From the NCBI GenBank assembly GCA_963693095.2, contig OY843768.1:832001-896000 (forward strand): a DNA stretch of 64,000 nt, given 5' to 3'. The notes under the pieces were generated by a model. It was not told the origin of the DNA and made no database searches. It saw only the letters and a program-made list of their open reading frames with translations. Shown here piece after piece: positions 1 through 10,018 of this stretch. The stretch's first letter is position 1. Every line of letters starts with the position of its first letter. A program made the position numbers and the translations under genes. The stretch is from Cenarchaeum sp. (lineage in GTDB: Archaea; Thermoproteota; Nitrososphaeria; Nitrososphaerales; Nitrosopumilaceae).

Positions 1-366
1 AAGCTCCTCCACGCTTGAATCGCTCTTGATCGGGTTTATGCGGTTGTGGACCCATATGCCAACACCGTCAAGCGCGGGGGCCTCGTGGACCGTCGCGCTC
101 GTCTTGGGCATCTCGTCCTTGGGTATCCAGGTGACCATGTTTGGCTTGGAGTATATGGCATCGTTTATCGTCGAGCCGACCTTGTTGTCCCCCACATCAA
201 AGCCGCACACAAACTCAATGTCGTGAATGCCGCGTCCGGCGATCCTGTCGTGGATTATGCCAATGACCTCCTGCGAGGGGTTGCGCCGATAGTACTCTAT
301 TCCCTGTATGAGGCCCGCAAAGCAGTTTCCAATGCCCACGAGGGCAACCTTGATCTTGTCTGCCAA
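1..366 (-). CDS. ino1: myo-inositol-1-phosphate synthase, 5' part (runs off window start)
   Basis: Manual translation from TTG 366: MADKIKVALVGIGNCFAGLIQGIEYY...DIEFVCGFDV, the MIPS Rossmann N-terminus; not in the ORF track. Confidence 0.88.
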   Translation of the reverse strand, partial: MADKIKVALVGIGNCFAGLIQGIEYYRRNPSQEVIGIIHDRIAGRGIHDIEFVCGFDVGDNKVGSTINDAIYSKPNMVTWIPKDEMPKTSATVHEAPALDGVGIWVHNRINPIKSDSSVEEL

Positions 367-624
367 TGGCAACGGTGGGACGCTAGGCTCAATTTAAGTT
401 GTGGGCCCGTGCGCAGCAGTTGGCCATGTGCTCGGGGCGGGCACAAAATTGCCCGAGGCCGCTGCCGTGCCGGCCACATCGAACGGATCACCACGGAAAC
501 GGCATCTCGGCCACGCGGCAAGCAATGGCAGCCGTGCCGGAGCTCAGGCCCCGCGTCGGCTCGCGTGCGCCCTGGGCCGCCACCCTAGTCAGGGTTTTAT
601 TACCGGCGCCCGCGTGGCGCGCGT

Positions 625-1578
625 ATGGTTGAGCTCGGCGCTGCCGTCAGGGACATTGACATACGCGCCAACTCGTCACCGGCGGGGATAATATCAGAGA
701 TGGCCGGCTCGGGCGGATTCGAGTCCATAAACATGGCCGCCGGACTAGACATACTCTACGAGATGGAATCAGACGACGAGTGCCTAAAGTTCCTCTCGTT
801 TGTGGGCGCGACAATGTCGACGGGACTGCGCGGAATCATGCGCGACATGGCAAAGAGGCGCATGTTTGACGTCATTGTCACGACGTGCGGCGCGCTGGAC
901 CATGACCTTGCGCGCTCGTTTGCCGACTATAACGCCGGCTCGTTCACGATGGACGATTCAGAGCTCGCAGGCCAGGACATACATCGCCTGGGCAGCGTTC
1001 TTGTGCCCTCGACAAGCTATGGCACGCTCATCGAGAAAAAGATGCAAGAGTTCCTGGCAGCAGAGTACGACTCGGGCACGCGCTCTGTCTCCACGGCAGA
1101 CGTGACCAGGATAATCGGCGAGCACACAGGCGAGGACTCGTTCCTGCACTGGGCAGCAAAGAACGGCATACCCGTGATCGTGCCGGGAATAATGGACGGT
1201 GCTGTCGGCAGCCAGGTCTGGACGTTCTGCCAGGGGCATGCGGGCTTTGGCCTTGACATAGTGCGAGACTCGGAAACGCTCTCTGGCCTGGTCTTTGGCG
1301 CCAAAAAGTCCGGCGCGCTCATGGTCGGCGGCGGGATCTCAAAGCACCACACGCTATGGTGGAACCAGTACCGCGGCGGCCTCGACTATGCGCTCTACGT
1401 GACTACGGCCGATGAGCACGACGGCAGCCTGAGCGGCGCGCCGGTCAGGGAGGCCGTGTCGTGGGGAAAGGTCGCAAGGGGGGCGCGGCAGGCGACGCTG
1501 CGGGCCGAGGCCACAGTGGCCCTGCCGTTTCTCTATGCGGCCCTCCTCGAGCGCATGGAAGGCAGCCATAACGGGTGA
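625..1578 (+). CDS. dys: deoxyhypusine synthase
   Basis: Motifs FDVIVTTCGALDHD, GGGISKHH, DGSLSGAPVREAVSWGK; TTTTAT box about 25 nt upstream. Confidence 0.95.
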   Translation: MVELGAAVRDIDIRANSSPAGIISEMAGSGGFESINMAAGLDILYEMESDDECLKFLSFVGATMSTGLRGIMRDMAKRRMFDVIVTTCGALDHDLARSFADYNAGSFTMDDSELAGQDIHRLGSVLVPSTSYGTLIEKKMQEFLAAEYDSGTRSVSTADVTRIIGEHTGEDSFLHWAAKNGIPVIVPGIMDGAVGSQVWTFCQGHAGFGLDIVRDSETLSGLVFGAKKSGALMVGGGISKHHTLWWNQYRGGLDYALYVTTADEHDGSLSGAPVREAVSWGKVARGARQATLRAEATVALPFLYAALLERMEGSHNG

Positions 1579-1599
1579 AATACTATTATTGTTGGCCGC

Positions 1600-2331
1600 T
1601 TGCGGCGGCTCACGAACCAGAGATACCACATAAACGAGCTAGAGGCCATAGACATCGAGGGCGGCTACCTCATAGACGGGTTTCCCTCAACGGGCCACAC
1701 CAGCGCAATCGCCTCGGCATCGCTCATAAACACGATGAAGTTCACCCCCGTCGCCACGATCGACTCGGACAAGTTTCCGCCGGTGAGCATGGTCCAGGAC
1801 TCGCGGCCCCTGCACCCAACGCGCGTGTTTGCCAGCGGCAAGCTAAAGGTCGCCGTCTTTTCGTCATATCTCTCGCTTCCGGCCTCTGAGCACAAGTCCA
1901 TAGCGCGCATGATGCTCAGGTGGGCGCGCGACCACAAGGTCTCATGGATAATCAGCAGCGTTGCAGTCGGCACGCAGATGCCGGAGGGAAAGATGATGGC
2001 AGCAGGCAGCACCGATGATGCGCGAAAAAAGATATCAGAGTCCTCAATGGAGGTGATGGAGACCGGAATGGTGACCGGAATACCCGGATCACTGCTCAAC
2101 TATGGCGCGCTCAACGGCCAGAACGTCATCGTCGTGCTCTTCAACCCCACGAACGAGGGCGCAGACTATCGTGCCGGCGCGCTCCTGTGCACGGCAATGT
2201 CACGCCTCGTGCCCGGCACGTCATGCGACATTGCGACGCTGCAGGCCGAGGCCGAAAAGGCCGAGACTGCAATTCGCGAGGCCGAGACTGAGGCCGGCGA
2301 GGGCGTCCTAAAGCGCGGAATGTACGGCTAG
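1600..2331 (+). CDS. PAC2-family proteasome assembly chaperone (Pba-like)
   Basis: LIDGFPSTG, GMVTGIPGSLL, C-terminal HbYX-like GMYG. Confidence 0.85.
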   Translation: MRRLTNQRYHINELEAIDIEGGYLIDGFPSTGHTSAIASASLINTMKFTPVATIDSDKFPPVSMVQDSRPLHPTRVFASGKLKVAVFSSYLSLPASEHKSIARMMLRWARDHKVSWIISSVAVGTQMPEGKMMAAGSTDDARKKISESSMEVMETGMVTGIPGSLLNYGALNGQNVIVVLFNPTNEGADYRAGALLCTAMSRLVPGTSCDIATLQAEAEKAETAIREAETEAGEGVLKRGMYG

Positions 2332-2334
2332 GCA

Positions 2335-2970
2335 TTGGAAGCCCTAGTGCCCTTTGCGGCAACCGTTGCAGCCGTGTCCGTCTCTGGCGCGCTCGCGCCC
2401 GGACCGCTCCTTGCAGCCGGCATCGCACTTGGAATGCGCGGCGGCGGCATGCGTGCCGGAGTCCTTCTTGCGATCGGCCATGCGGCAGTCGAGCTGCCCC
2501 TAGTCATTGCGCTCGGTGCGGGAATCATGCCGCTCGGGTCAGTGGCCGGCGCGCACGCCACAGTCTCGGCGCTTGGTGCCGCAGGCCTCTTTGCGTTTGC
2601 CGCCATCCATGCCCGCAGCACCCTCGGTTCGCGCAGGCGCGCGACAGGCCAGTACCTCACCGGCACGCGCGGCGCGCTAGTTACAGGGGCTGCGCTAAGT
2701 GCGATCAACCCGTTCTTTTGGGCATGGTGGGCAACTGTTGGCCTAAAGCTCGTCACTGACTCTACGGACATACTCTCCTCATGGGGCCCGCCCGCACTCT
2801 TTGCGCTGCACATACCCATGGACATTGTGTGGCTCGCAGTAGTTGCCGCGCTGGCACGGAGGGGCTCGACTGTGATGCAGGGGCGCGTGCGCCGCGCAAC
2901 AGACATTGCGCTAGTTGCGACAATGGCCGGAATCGGGGTGCTCTTTGCGCTAGAGGCTATACGCGCCTAG
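2335..2970 (+). CDS. LysE-family transporter
   Basis: SGALAPGPL, GHAAVELP, AINPFFWAWW; hydrophobic helices. Confidence 0.85.
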   Translation: MEALVPFAATVAAVSVSGALAPGPLLAAGIALGMRGGGMRAGVLLAIGHAAVELPLVIALGAGIMPLGSVAGAHATVSALGAAGLFAFAAIHARSTLGSRRRATGQYLTGTRGALVTGAALSAINPFFWAWWATVGLKLVTDSTDILSSWGPPALFALHIPMDIVWLAVVAALARRGSTVMQGRVRRATDIALVATMAGIGVLFALEAIRA

Positions 2971-3551
2971 GACTTTATGATGTCAATCTCCATTGTGGAG
3001 ATTTTGCGGTTTCGTCCGTCCTCGCCGGTAAAGCTGTCCGAGGCGATTCGAACGTCAGATATCTGGTATCCGACAGTGTTCATCCTCTTTACAATCATCT
3101 GCGAGACGTCCACGGCCTGCGTTATGCGCTTTCCGCGCGCCTTTATCGTTATCTTTGGGAGCGTGGCAAGCTGCGTGAGCGTTGCCGTGACATATGTCAT
3201 GATCGGCTTTATGCCGATGAGCACAACGCTCCTGTCGCGTGGCTCGTTGTCCTGCTTTTGGCCCTCGCCCTCTTTCGCGCCGTCTGCGCCATGGCTATCG
3301 CCATGGCCCTCACCATGGCTGTCATGGCCGCCCTCGGGCCTGTCTCCGGACTTGCCTGACGCGCCGTCACCCTCGCATGAGCCGCCCTCGCCGTGGCAAC
3401 CGCACGAGTCACTCGAACCCGAGCTGGCCGCACCTTCGGGATGCATCTCTAGGGGGCGTTCGGGTGTCGTGCTCGGCGAGGCCTCAGCGCCATCTGATCC
3501 CGATGACGTGTACTCGCTGTAAACGCGTGCTGCGTCGCTGTCTGCGCTCAT
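2967..3551 (-). CDS. Alba DNA/RNA-binding protein with acidic/Gly/His-rich N-terminal extension
   Basis: C-terminal VLIGIKPIMTYV...IKARGKRITQAVDV...ISTMEI is the Alba fold; TTATTAA box about 25 nt upstream of ATG 3551. Confidence 0.9.
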   Translation of the reverse strand: MSADSDAARVYSEYTSSGSDGAEASPSTTPERPLEMHPEGAASSGSSDSCGCHGEGGSCEGDGASGKSGDRPEGGHDSHGEGHGDSHGADGAKEGEGQKQDNEPRDRSVVLIGIKPIMTYVTATLTQLATLPKITIKARGKRITQAVDVSQMIVKRMNTVGYQISDVRIASDSFTGEDGRNRKISTMEIDIIKS

Positions 3552-3794
3552 TGTGGCATCACTCGGATCCTGTTGGTTAATAACCCTATTCATGCCCCCC
3601 TCGCCCATGCGCTCTAGCAGGCGCGAGGCCTCCTCATAGGTCGGACACGAGCGAACGGCCTTGAGCAGGCTCTCGTCATCAACCTCATAGCAGTGCATTA
3701 TCTCCTGCGCGTCGCGATACACCAGCATGAGCCGGCCTCCGGCAATGCAGTGGTATAGCGTGTCAGTCTCCATGAGCTCGGGCCTGACCTTCAT
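3552..3794 (-). CDS. small thaumarchaeal-type hypothetical protein, in frame with Alba (no stop codon)
   Basis: MKVRPELMETDTLYHCI...LVYRDAQEIMHCYEVDD looks like a globular protein; ORF is continuous into Alba. Confidence 0.6.
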
Positions 3795-3947
3795 TCCGCC
3801 CTCGCCGGCAGAGACCGCCCTCTCCATGGGGGGCAGCGGTGCGGGGGGGCTATTTAGCCCAACACCCCATGTGGCCACGGGGGCAGTCCCGCCGACCCCG
3901 TGCGCGCCAGCGAGATATATGGCCCGTGTGCGGGCCGCTGCGCGCAG

Positions 3948-5039
3948 ATGGAGAGAATAGTCATGCACGTGGACTTTGACCATTTCTACGCACAGTGCGA
4001 GGAGACGCGCAGGCCTTCCCTTTGCGCAGTCCCGCTCGTCGTCTGCGTCTTTTCCGGGAGGGGTGGGGACAGTGGCGCAGTCGCGACGGCAAACTATGTG
4101 GCACGCGAGCATGGCGTAAAGTCCGGCATGTCGATAAGCCTGGCCCGCAGGCGCCTAGAGGACGTGCCAGAGGCCGAGTTTTTGCCAGTTGACTTTGGGT
4201 TTTATGGCGACATCTCGGAGCGCGCGATGGAGATAATCAGGGGACATGCGGACATATTCGAGTATGTCGGGCGTGATGAGGCATACCTGGACGTGACGCA
4301 GAGGACATCGGGGAGCTATGACACTGCGCGGCACATAGCGCAGCAGGTAAAGAACGACGTGCGCGCAGGCGTGTCACTCACATGCTCGATAGGGGTGGCG
4401 CCAAACAGGCTAGTCGCAAAGATTGCGTCTGACCACCAAAAGCCCGATGGCCTCACGGTTGTGACGCCAGGGACAGTGGAGGAGTTCATGGGACCGATGG
4501 GCGTGCGCAAGATACCCGGCCTAGGCAAGAGGGCAGAGGAGTCACTGGTATCAAACGGGCTAGAGACAGTAGCGGACATTCGCGAGCGCGACGTCTTTTC
4601 GCTAGTCGAGGCATATGGGCGGCGCATGGGGACACACCTGCACAACGTGTCAAAGGGAAAGGACGACGAGCCAGTCGCCGAGCGCGGGCCCAACGTCCAG
4701 TACAGCAAGATCTCGACGCTCTCGCGCGACTCGACTGACGCGGCGTTTCTCTCCGCAAGCGTCAGGCCCCTGTGCGAGGGCGTCCACAGGGCCATCACTG
4801 CAGACTCGAGGACGTTTCGTTGCGTGGGGATACAGATCATCCAGGCAAACATGGCAACGAGATCACGATCGACTACGCTTAGGAGCCCAACGTCGTCGCT
4901 ACGCGAGATGGAGCGCGCCGCGCTGTCGCTCCTGCACGAGGCGCTAAAGTCCCAAGAGATCCCCGTGAGGCGCCTGGGGGTCAGGGTGTCTGAGCTCGGG
5001 GAGGCCGGCGGCCAGGCCAGCATGGACGACTATTCCTGA
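3948..5039 (+). CDS. dinB: DNA polymerase IV (Y family)
   Basis: MHVDFDHFYAQCEE, ATANYVAR, GRDEAYLD, AKIASD.QKPDG; C-terminal PIP-like QASMDDY. Confidence 0.95.
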   Translation: MERIVMHVDFDHFYAQCEETRRPSLCAVPLVVCVFSGRGGDSGAVATANYVAREHGVKSGMSISLARRRLEDVPEAEFLPVDFGFYGDISERAMEIIRGHADIFEYVGRDEAYLDVTQRTSGSYDTARHIAQQVKNDVRAGVSLTCSIGVAPNRLVAKIASDHQKPDGLTVVTPGTVEEFMGPMGVRKIPGLGKRAEESLVSNGLETVADIRERDVFSLVEAYGRRMGTHLHNVSKGKDDEPVAERGPNVQYSKISTLSRDSTDAAFLSASVRPLCEGVHRAITADSRTFRCVGIQIIQANMATRSRSTTLRSPTSSLREMERAALSLLHEALKSQEIPVRRLGVRVSELGEAGGQASMDDYS

Positions 5040-5956
5040 GCCTGCTCCATCCTGCGCGCGCGGCGCGTCTCGACTGCCATGACGAGCACGATGAACGCAA
5101 AGAGCCATGGCAAGAACATGATCTCACCGGCAACTGAATGGAACTCCTCCCAGCGCTCGGCGTCAGTCGTGACCTTTAGCGCATACCACGACAGGAGGAA
5201 TATCCTAATGACGTTTACGGTGATCGTCCCGACGATGCCGATGGTAAACCATATGGCCTTGCGGTGGGCCGGCACGCGCATCTTTAGGAGAAAGGCCATC
5301 ATCACAAGCGAATAGATGATTATGCTGTGAACGCCGGCTGACGGCCAAAAGACCTGGAGCGCAAAGTGCCCGTGGTCGCCGCTCAGGAACATCATGTTGT
5401 CGCGCGCGTTGGCCACGCCAAGATCAAAGACCCCAACGAGCCACACGTTTAGCTCTACCATGTACGGAACCACGTACTGGAGCGCGCCGAGCTTGTTGTA
5501 TGGAAAGTACGCATCAAGGCCCAGGATTAGCGCGCTGCCGCCAAGAAAGATTGGGCCGGCCGGCGTGAGGCGCAGCCACCTGAGCCCGAGAAGGACGTGG
5601 AGCGTGGCCACGATAAACGCCGTGATTATCGCAATGTCCCACATCCATGCCCATGATGCTGACAGCTCGACTCCGGCGGCCATCGACGTTGAGGCCAGCG
5701 TATCGCGCAGGCCAGACTCGGCTGCCACGATATACGCGATCGCGCCGGCGGCAATGGGCACGCACGCGGCAATGCGGCGCGTGCTGATCGCGACTCGCAG
5801 CATTGCAAGCTCGGCCACGGCAAACGCCACGGCAAAGAGCGCACCGCCGCGTCCCTGGTTCCAGCCAAGCTCAAACGTGTCCGGATATGCCACAAACGCA
5901 AATGCCACGGGTGCGGCGACTAGGGCCATGCCCACGAGCATCATCGAGTTCACCAT
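5030..5956 (-). CDS. thaumarchaeosortase (exosortase/archaeosortase family)
   Basis: Multi-TM protein with FWPSAGVHS, NVIRI, EFH motifs (Ser-Arg-His instead of Cys-Arg-His). Confidence 0.85.
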   Translation of the reverse strand: MVNSMMLVGMALVAAPVAFAFVAYPDTFELGWNQGRGGALFAVAFAVAELAMLRVAISTRRIAACVPIAAGAIAYIVAAESGLRDTLASTSMAAGVELSASWAWMWDIAIITAFIVATLHVLLGLRWLRLTPAGPIFLGGSALILGLDAYFPYNKLGALQYVVPYMVELNVWLVGVFDLGVANARDNMMFLSGDHGHFALQVFWPSAGVHSIIIYSLVMMAFLLKMRVPAHRKAIWFTIGIVGTITVNVIRIFLLSWYALKVTTDAERWEEFHSVAGEIMFLPWLFAFIVLVMAVETRRARRMEQAQE

Positions 5957-6013
5957 GCCCACACGACCCCATATGCGCACAAATAAACAGTTCTGTGGGC
6001 GCAGAGCTGCGCC

Positions 6014-7171
6014 TCACATGAACTCGGCGATCGTCCTCTGCTGCAGCTCGCGCGCCGTGCTCCCGTGCGAGAGCCATTCGGCGGCACTCACGCTGGTCCG
6101 CGACGAGGCCAGGCTAATCGCCTCGTCCATCCCGTCCACGACTGTGTGCGGGGAGCGCATCGCCTCGCGCACGCCCTCGCGAACCTGCCACACGCCAACT
6201 GGCACAGAGTATTCTGGCCGTATCTCGCGCAGGACGAGCGCGCCGGCGTGTGCGCCGATGCGCACGAGGTGCTCGCTGACGGCGAGCCGCGCTGCGTGGT
6301 ACGCGCCGGCGATGGCCGGAGCGTGGTCAATTCCCGCATGGCCCTCAGAGTCTGACCCAAAGGCCATCGTGCCATCCTCCCTTGGCCACGCCTCGACCAT
6401 CTCGTACCTCCATGCGTGCGGATAGAGGATCACCGCATACATGTTTCCAAGCCTTTCAGAGGCAAACACGCGCCACGAGTCGAGCTCGGGCATCTCCATG
6501 GCCTCGCGCGACAGTGTGGACGATATAACAGAGTCGACTGCAGTTATGCCCCATCGCGTCGGGACTAGCCGGCGATGCTTGCCAAACATCCCAATGCTGA
6601 GGCACCTCTGTATTCTTGTAATGTCGACTCCTGCGCGGTAGAGCTCAAGTATCGCCGTGGCTGCCCCCATGTCCGTGTCCTCGTGCGCGCGCTCTAGTTT
6701 CCGAAGCGCAGGTGAGCCGGCAAACGACGCTGACCTTATCTCCCCAACTGGCCCGAACGGTGCCGCATGCTCGTCAGGCACTCCCGACGCGGCCGCAGGG
6801 CGCTCAAAGCTCAGCTCGGCATCAGTCGGCCGCGATGCCATGGCCACCTCCTGGAGTGATCGCACATACCGGCTCTCTGTCTCCTCTGCGCGCACCCTGC
6901 GCACACCGCGCACAAGGCGAAGGCGGAGTGACACAATGTCCCCTAGTGACATGTTGCCCCAGCGCTCCGGTGAGTCATAGATGCTCGTGTCACCGTGTGC
7001 GGCCGGAACAAGTGGCCCGACGCCAAGGCTCGGGTACATGTGCGATCCCACAAAGACTGACGGCGGGCTCGAGCCGTCCACCCCGTCGCGCCGCTGTGGC
7101 GATGACGCAGCAACGCGCTCGTTCCACTCCCTGGCAAGCGCCTCCCTCACGAGACGCGAGTCTGCGATCAC
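6014..7171 (-). CDS. Nre-family PCNA-interacting DNA repair protein
   Basis: GSSPPSVFVG, RRLVPTRWGITAVD, YSVPVGVWQVRE, C-terminal PIP QRTIAEF; GTG start inferred. Confidence 0.88.
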   Translation of the reverse strand: MIADSRLVREALAREWNERVAASSPQRRDGVDGSSPPSVFVGSHMYPSLGVGPLVPAAHGDTSIYDSPERWGNMSLGDIVSLRLRLVRGVRRVRAEETESRYVRSLQEVAMASRPTDAELSFERPAAASGVPDEHAAPFGPVGEIRSASFAGSPALRKLERAHEDTDMGAATAILELYRAGVDITRIQRCLSIGMFGKHRRLVPTRWGITAVDSVISSTLSREAMEMPELDSWRVFASERLGNMYAVILYPHAWRYEMVEAWPREDGTMAFGSDSEGHAGIDHAPAIAGAYHAARLAVSEHLVRIGAHAGALVLREIRPEYSVPVGVWQVREGVREAMRSPHTVVDGMDEAISLASSRTSVSAAEWLSHGSTARELQQRTIAEFM

Positions 7172-7375
7172 CGCACGCCAGTGGCCCCATCGGGTAATAA
7201 AGCAGGTGCGGGGCCGCGGGCCGCAAGCAAGGCCATCGCGCCCAGCCAAATCGCGCCCCGTTGCCAGCCCGATGCGCAATGCCGGCCCGCAGGCCGCCGA
7301 TCGCAAAACCCTGCGCCAACAGTCCCCGTGCGGCCTCCCAAGATTAAATAGAGAGGCAGCGCCGCAACTGCGTCA

Positions 7376-8494
7376 TTGAGGCAGCTTGTGGAGCAGGCCA
7401 GCTCTGACATTGGGGACATTCTCGAGTCGGCGATCGCCGGCGCGCGACCGTCGCGCGAGGACTGCCTCAGGCTCCTAGAGTCAGGCGAGACGGAGCTCAT
7501 GGGCCTTGTCGCAAACCACCTGGTCCGCAGGCGCTTTGGAAAGAGGGTCACATACGTCAACAATATCATACTAAACTACACCAACGTCTGCGTCACTGAC
7601 TGCAAGTTCTGCGCGTTCTATAGGCCGCCGGGCGATGACGAGGCATACACGCTCACGCTAGAGCAGATCAGGGCGCGCGTAAAGACGGCGTGGGAGGCGT
7701 TTGGCATAAGGCAGGTTCTCATACAGGGGGGCCACAACCCCAACCTGCCCATCGAGTACTATGAGGAGGCATTCTCAATGATGCGCGCAGAGTTCCCAAA
7801 GGTTGGCGTTCATGCGCTGTCTGCCTCGGAGGTAGACATGATTGCGCGGGTGTCAAGGTCATCCACGCGCGAGGTCCTCTCGAGGCTAAAGGACTCTGGC
7901 ATGCAGTCCATGCCCGGAGCCGGAGCCGAGATACTCACCGAGCGCGTGAGGGGCATAATCAGCCCAAAAAAGATAACGAGCGCAGAGTGGATTCGCATAA
8001 TGGAAGAGTGCCATGAGCTCGGAATGCCGGCCTCGGCGAGCATGATGTACGGCCACGTCGAGGAGCCCGCAGAGATCGCCGAGCACATTGAGCGCATAGC
8101 GAGGCTGCAGGAGAGGACACGCGGGTTCATGGCGTTCATACCGTGGAACTTTGAGCCAAACAACACGCAGCTAGCAGCGGAGGGAACCGTCACGCACGGC
8201 GCCGGAGGCGCACGGCTGCTAAAGATGATCGCCATATCGCGAATCATCTTTGACTCGATCATACCGCACCTCCAGTCGTCATGGCTCACAAACGGCGTCG
8301 GCATGGCGCAGCTTGCCCTAGAGTATGGCGCAGACGACTTTGGCGGCACGCTCATTGGCGAGGAGGTCGTCTCGTGCACGGGCGCGCGATCAACGGAGCT
8401 CAGCGGCGGGGCAATAGAGTCATCCGTGCGACAGATAGGCTACGAGCCCGTCGAGCGCGACAACTTTTACGCGCCAGTGGTTCCGAGCCCATAG
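7376..8494 (+). CDS. mqnC: CofH/MqnC-family radical SAM enzyme (probable cyclic dehypoxanthine futalosine synthase)
   Basis: NYTNVCVTDCKFCAF, QGGHNP, PGAGAEIL, YGADDFGGT; next to a UbiD decarboxylase. Confidence 0.85.
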   Translation: MRQLVEQASSDIGDILESAIAGARPSREDCLRLLESGETELMGLVANHLVRRRFGKRVTYVNNIILNYTNVCVTDCKFCAFYRPPGDDEAYTLTLEQIRARVKTAWEAFGIRQVLIQGGHNPNLPIEYYEEAFSMMRAEFPKVGVHALSASEVDMIARVSRSSTREVLSRLKDSGMQSMPGAGAEILTERVRGIISPKKITSAEWIRIMEECHELGMPASASMMYGHVEEPAEIAEHIERIARLQERTRGFMAFIPWNFEPNNTQLAAEGTVTHGAGGARLLKMIAISRIIFDSIIPHLQSSWLTNGVGMAQLALEYGADDFGGTLIGEEVVSCTGARSTELSGGAIESSVRQIGYEPVERDNFYAPVVPSP

Positions 8495-9921
8495 GCGGCC
8501 CATCTCGACTCGACGAGCGAGCGCGTCTTTTCGTCGACTGCAACCTGGACCTGCTCCTCGCGCATGTGCCCCTCCTCGCGCGTCTTTGTCGTCGCGTCGA
8601 TGCCCATCTTTGAGCCGTGGTTTGGGCGCGGGGAGGCCGGATCAAGCGTGTCAGTTGGCGCATTGTCCACGATGATCGTGTCGCGCGCGGGGTCTGCGCG
8701 CGCCGTGACTGCCCATATGACGTCGTTGATGTCATGGACGTCAATGTCATCATCAACCACAATGATGGTCTTTGTGAGGGAGAGCTGGCCCATGCCCCAG
8801 AGTCCCATCATGACCTTTTTGGCCTGGCCCGGATAGCGCTTTTTGATCGAGACTATGGCGAGCCCGTGAAACCATCCGGCCGGCGGCATCGCAAAGTCGG
8901 CTATCTCGGGTTGCATCATGCGCAGGAGCGGCAGGAACGAGCGCTCTATGGCCTTGCCAATGTAGGCGTCCTCGAGGACAGGCTTGCCGACGACAGTCGT
9001 GAGGTAGACGGGCCGCTTTCGGCGCATCATTCCGGTGATTGTGAATGTCGGATAGCGGCCAACTGGCGTGTAATAGCCCGTGTGGTCGCCAAATGGGCCC
9101 TCATCGCGCATGTCTGCAGAGTCGACATATCCCTCCAGGACGATCTCGGCGTTGGCCGGCACGTCAATGTCGACTGTCCGGCAGCGAACGGTGCGGATTC
9201 CGGACTTGCGCACAATTCCGGCAAAGAGGTACTTGTCAAGGCCTTCAGGCACGGGCGCGACTGCAGAAAAGACCGTCGCGGGATCCGCGCCAATGATCAC
9301 TGCGGCCTCTGTCCTCTGGCCGCGCGATGTGGCCTCCTCGTGGTGCTGCGCGCCGCGCTTGTGGCGTTGCCAGTGCATTATCGCGTGCGTGTCATCGACG
9401 ACCTGCAGCCGATAGACCCCGAGATTGTACGTGCCCGTGTCAGGGTGTTTTGTGGCTACGAGGCCAAACGTGACAAAGCGTCCCGCATCGTGTGGCCACG
9501 TCTTTAGGATCGGCAGGCCCGACAGAGAGCCCTCGCCGGTGACCTCGGTGACCGGACCGGACTTTACCCCCTTTGGAAACGCGTCTCCCATGCGCGAGAG
9601 CTCGGGAAGCTTTTTGATCTTGCCGAGCATGCCAGATGGCACCTCCATGCGCGCAAGGTCCGCAATGCGTGAGCCAATGCCCTCAAAGTCATCCGTGCCG
9701 AGTCCAATCTCCATGCGGCGCATCGAGCCAAACGCGTTGCCCAGAACCGGAATGTCGCCTCCGGCAACATTCTCAAAGAGCACTGCCGGTCCGTGCGCAT
9801 ACGTCACGCGCCGCAGTATCTCGGCAATCTCAAGGTCGGTGCTCACCTCGGCGCTAACGCGCCGCAGCTCGCCGGCGCGCTCAAGCGCGTCGACAAAGTC
9901 GCCCAGGCTGTCCATTGCCAC
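8467..9921 (-). CDS. UbiD-family decarboxylase (menaquinone biosynthesis)
   Basis: NAEIVLEG, EGPFGDHTGYY, VVDDDIDV, KMGIDAT. Confidence 0.93.
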   Translation of the reverse strand: MAMDSLGDFVDALERAGELRRVSAEVSTDLEIAEILRRVTYAHGPAVLFENVAGGDIPVLGNAFGSMRRMEIGLGTDDFEGIGSRIADLARMEVPSGMLGKIKKLPELSRMGDAFPKGVKSGPVTEVTGEGSLSGLPILKTWPHDAGRFVTFGLVATKHPDTGTYNLGVYRLQVVDDTHAIMHWQRHKRGAQHHEEATSRGQRTEAAVIIGADPATVFSAVAPVPEGLDKYLFAGIVRKSGIRTVRCRTVDIDVPANAEIVLEGYVDSADMRDEGPFGDHTGYYTPVGRYPTFTITGMMRRKRPVYLTTVVGKPVLEDAYIGKAIERSFLPLLRMMQPEIADFAMPPAGWFHGLAIVSIKKRYPGQAKKVMMGLWGMGQLSLTKTIIVVDDDIDVHDINDVIWAVTARADPARDTIIVDNAPTDTLDPASPRPNHGSKMGIDATTKTREEGHMREEQVQVAVDEKTRSLVESRWAAYGLGTTGA

Positions 9922-10018
9922 GCCGTGGCCACCGCACGCGTCGGTATAAGCCTAACGCGCGCACGCCCCGACCATGGCGCGTCTTGTATGTGCGCGAGGG
10001 GCGCAGGTGAGGGACCGC

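Noticed and set aside
400-590. GC-rich intergenic stretch with a hairpin (CGGGCA-N6-TGCCCG) and repeated GCCGTGCCGG; possible ncRNA
   Set aside because: No SRP, RNase P or rRNA signature recognised; short repeats are expected at this GC content.
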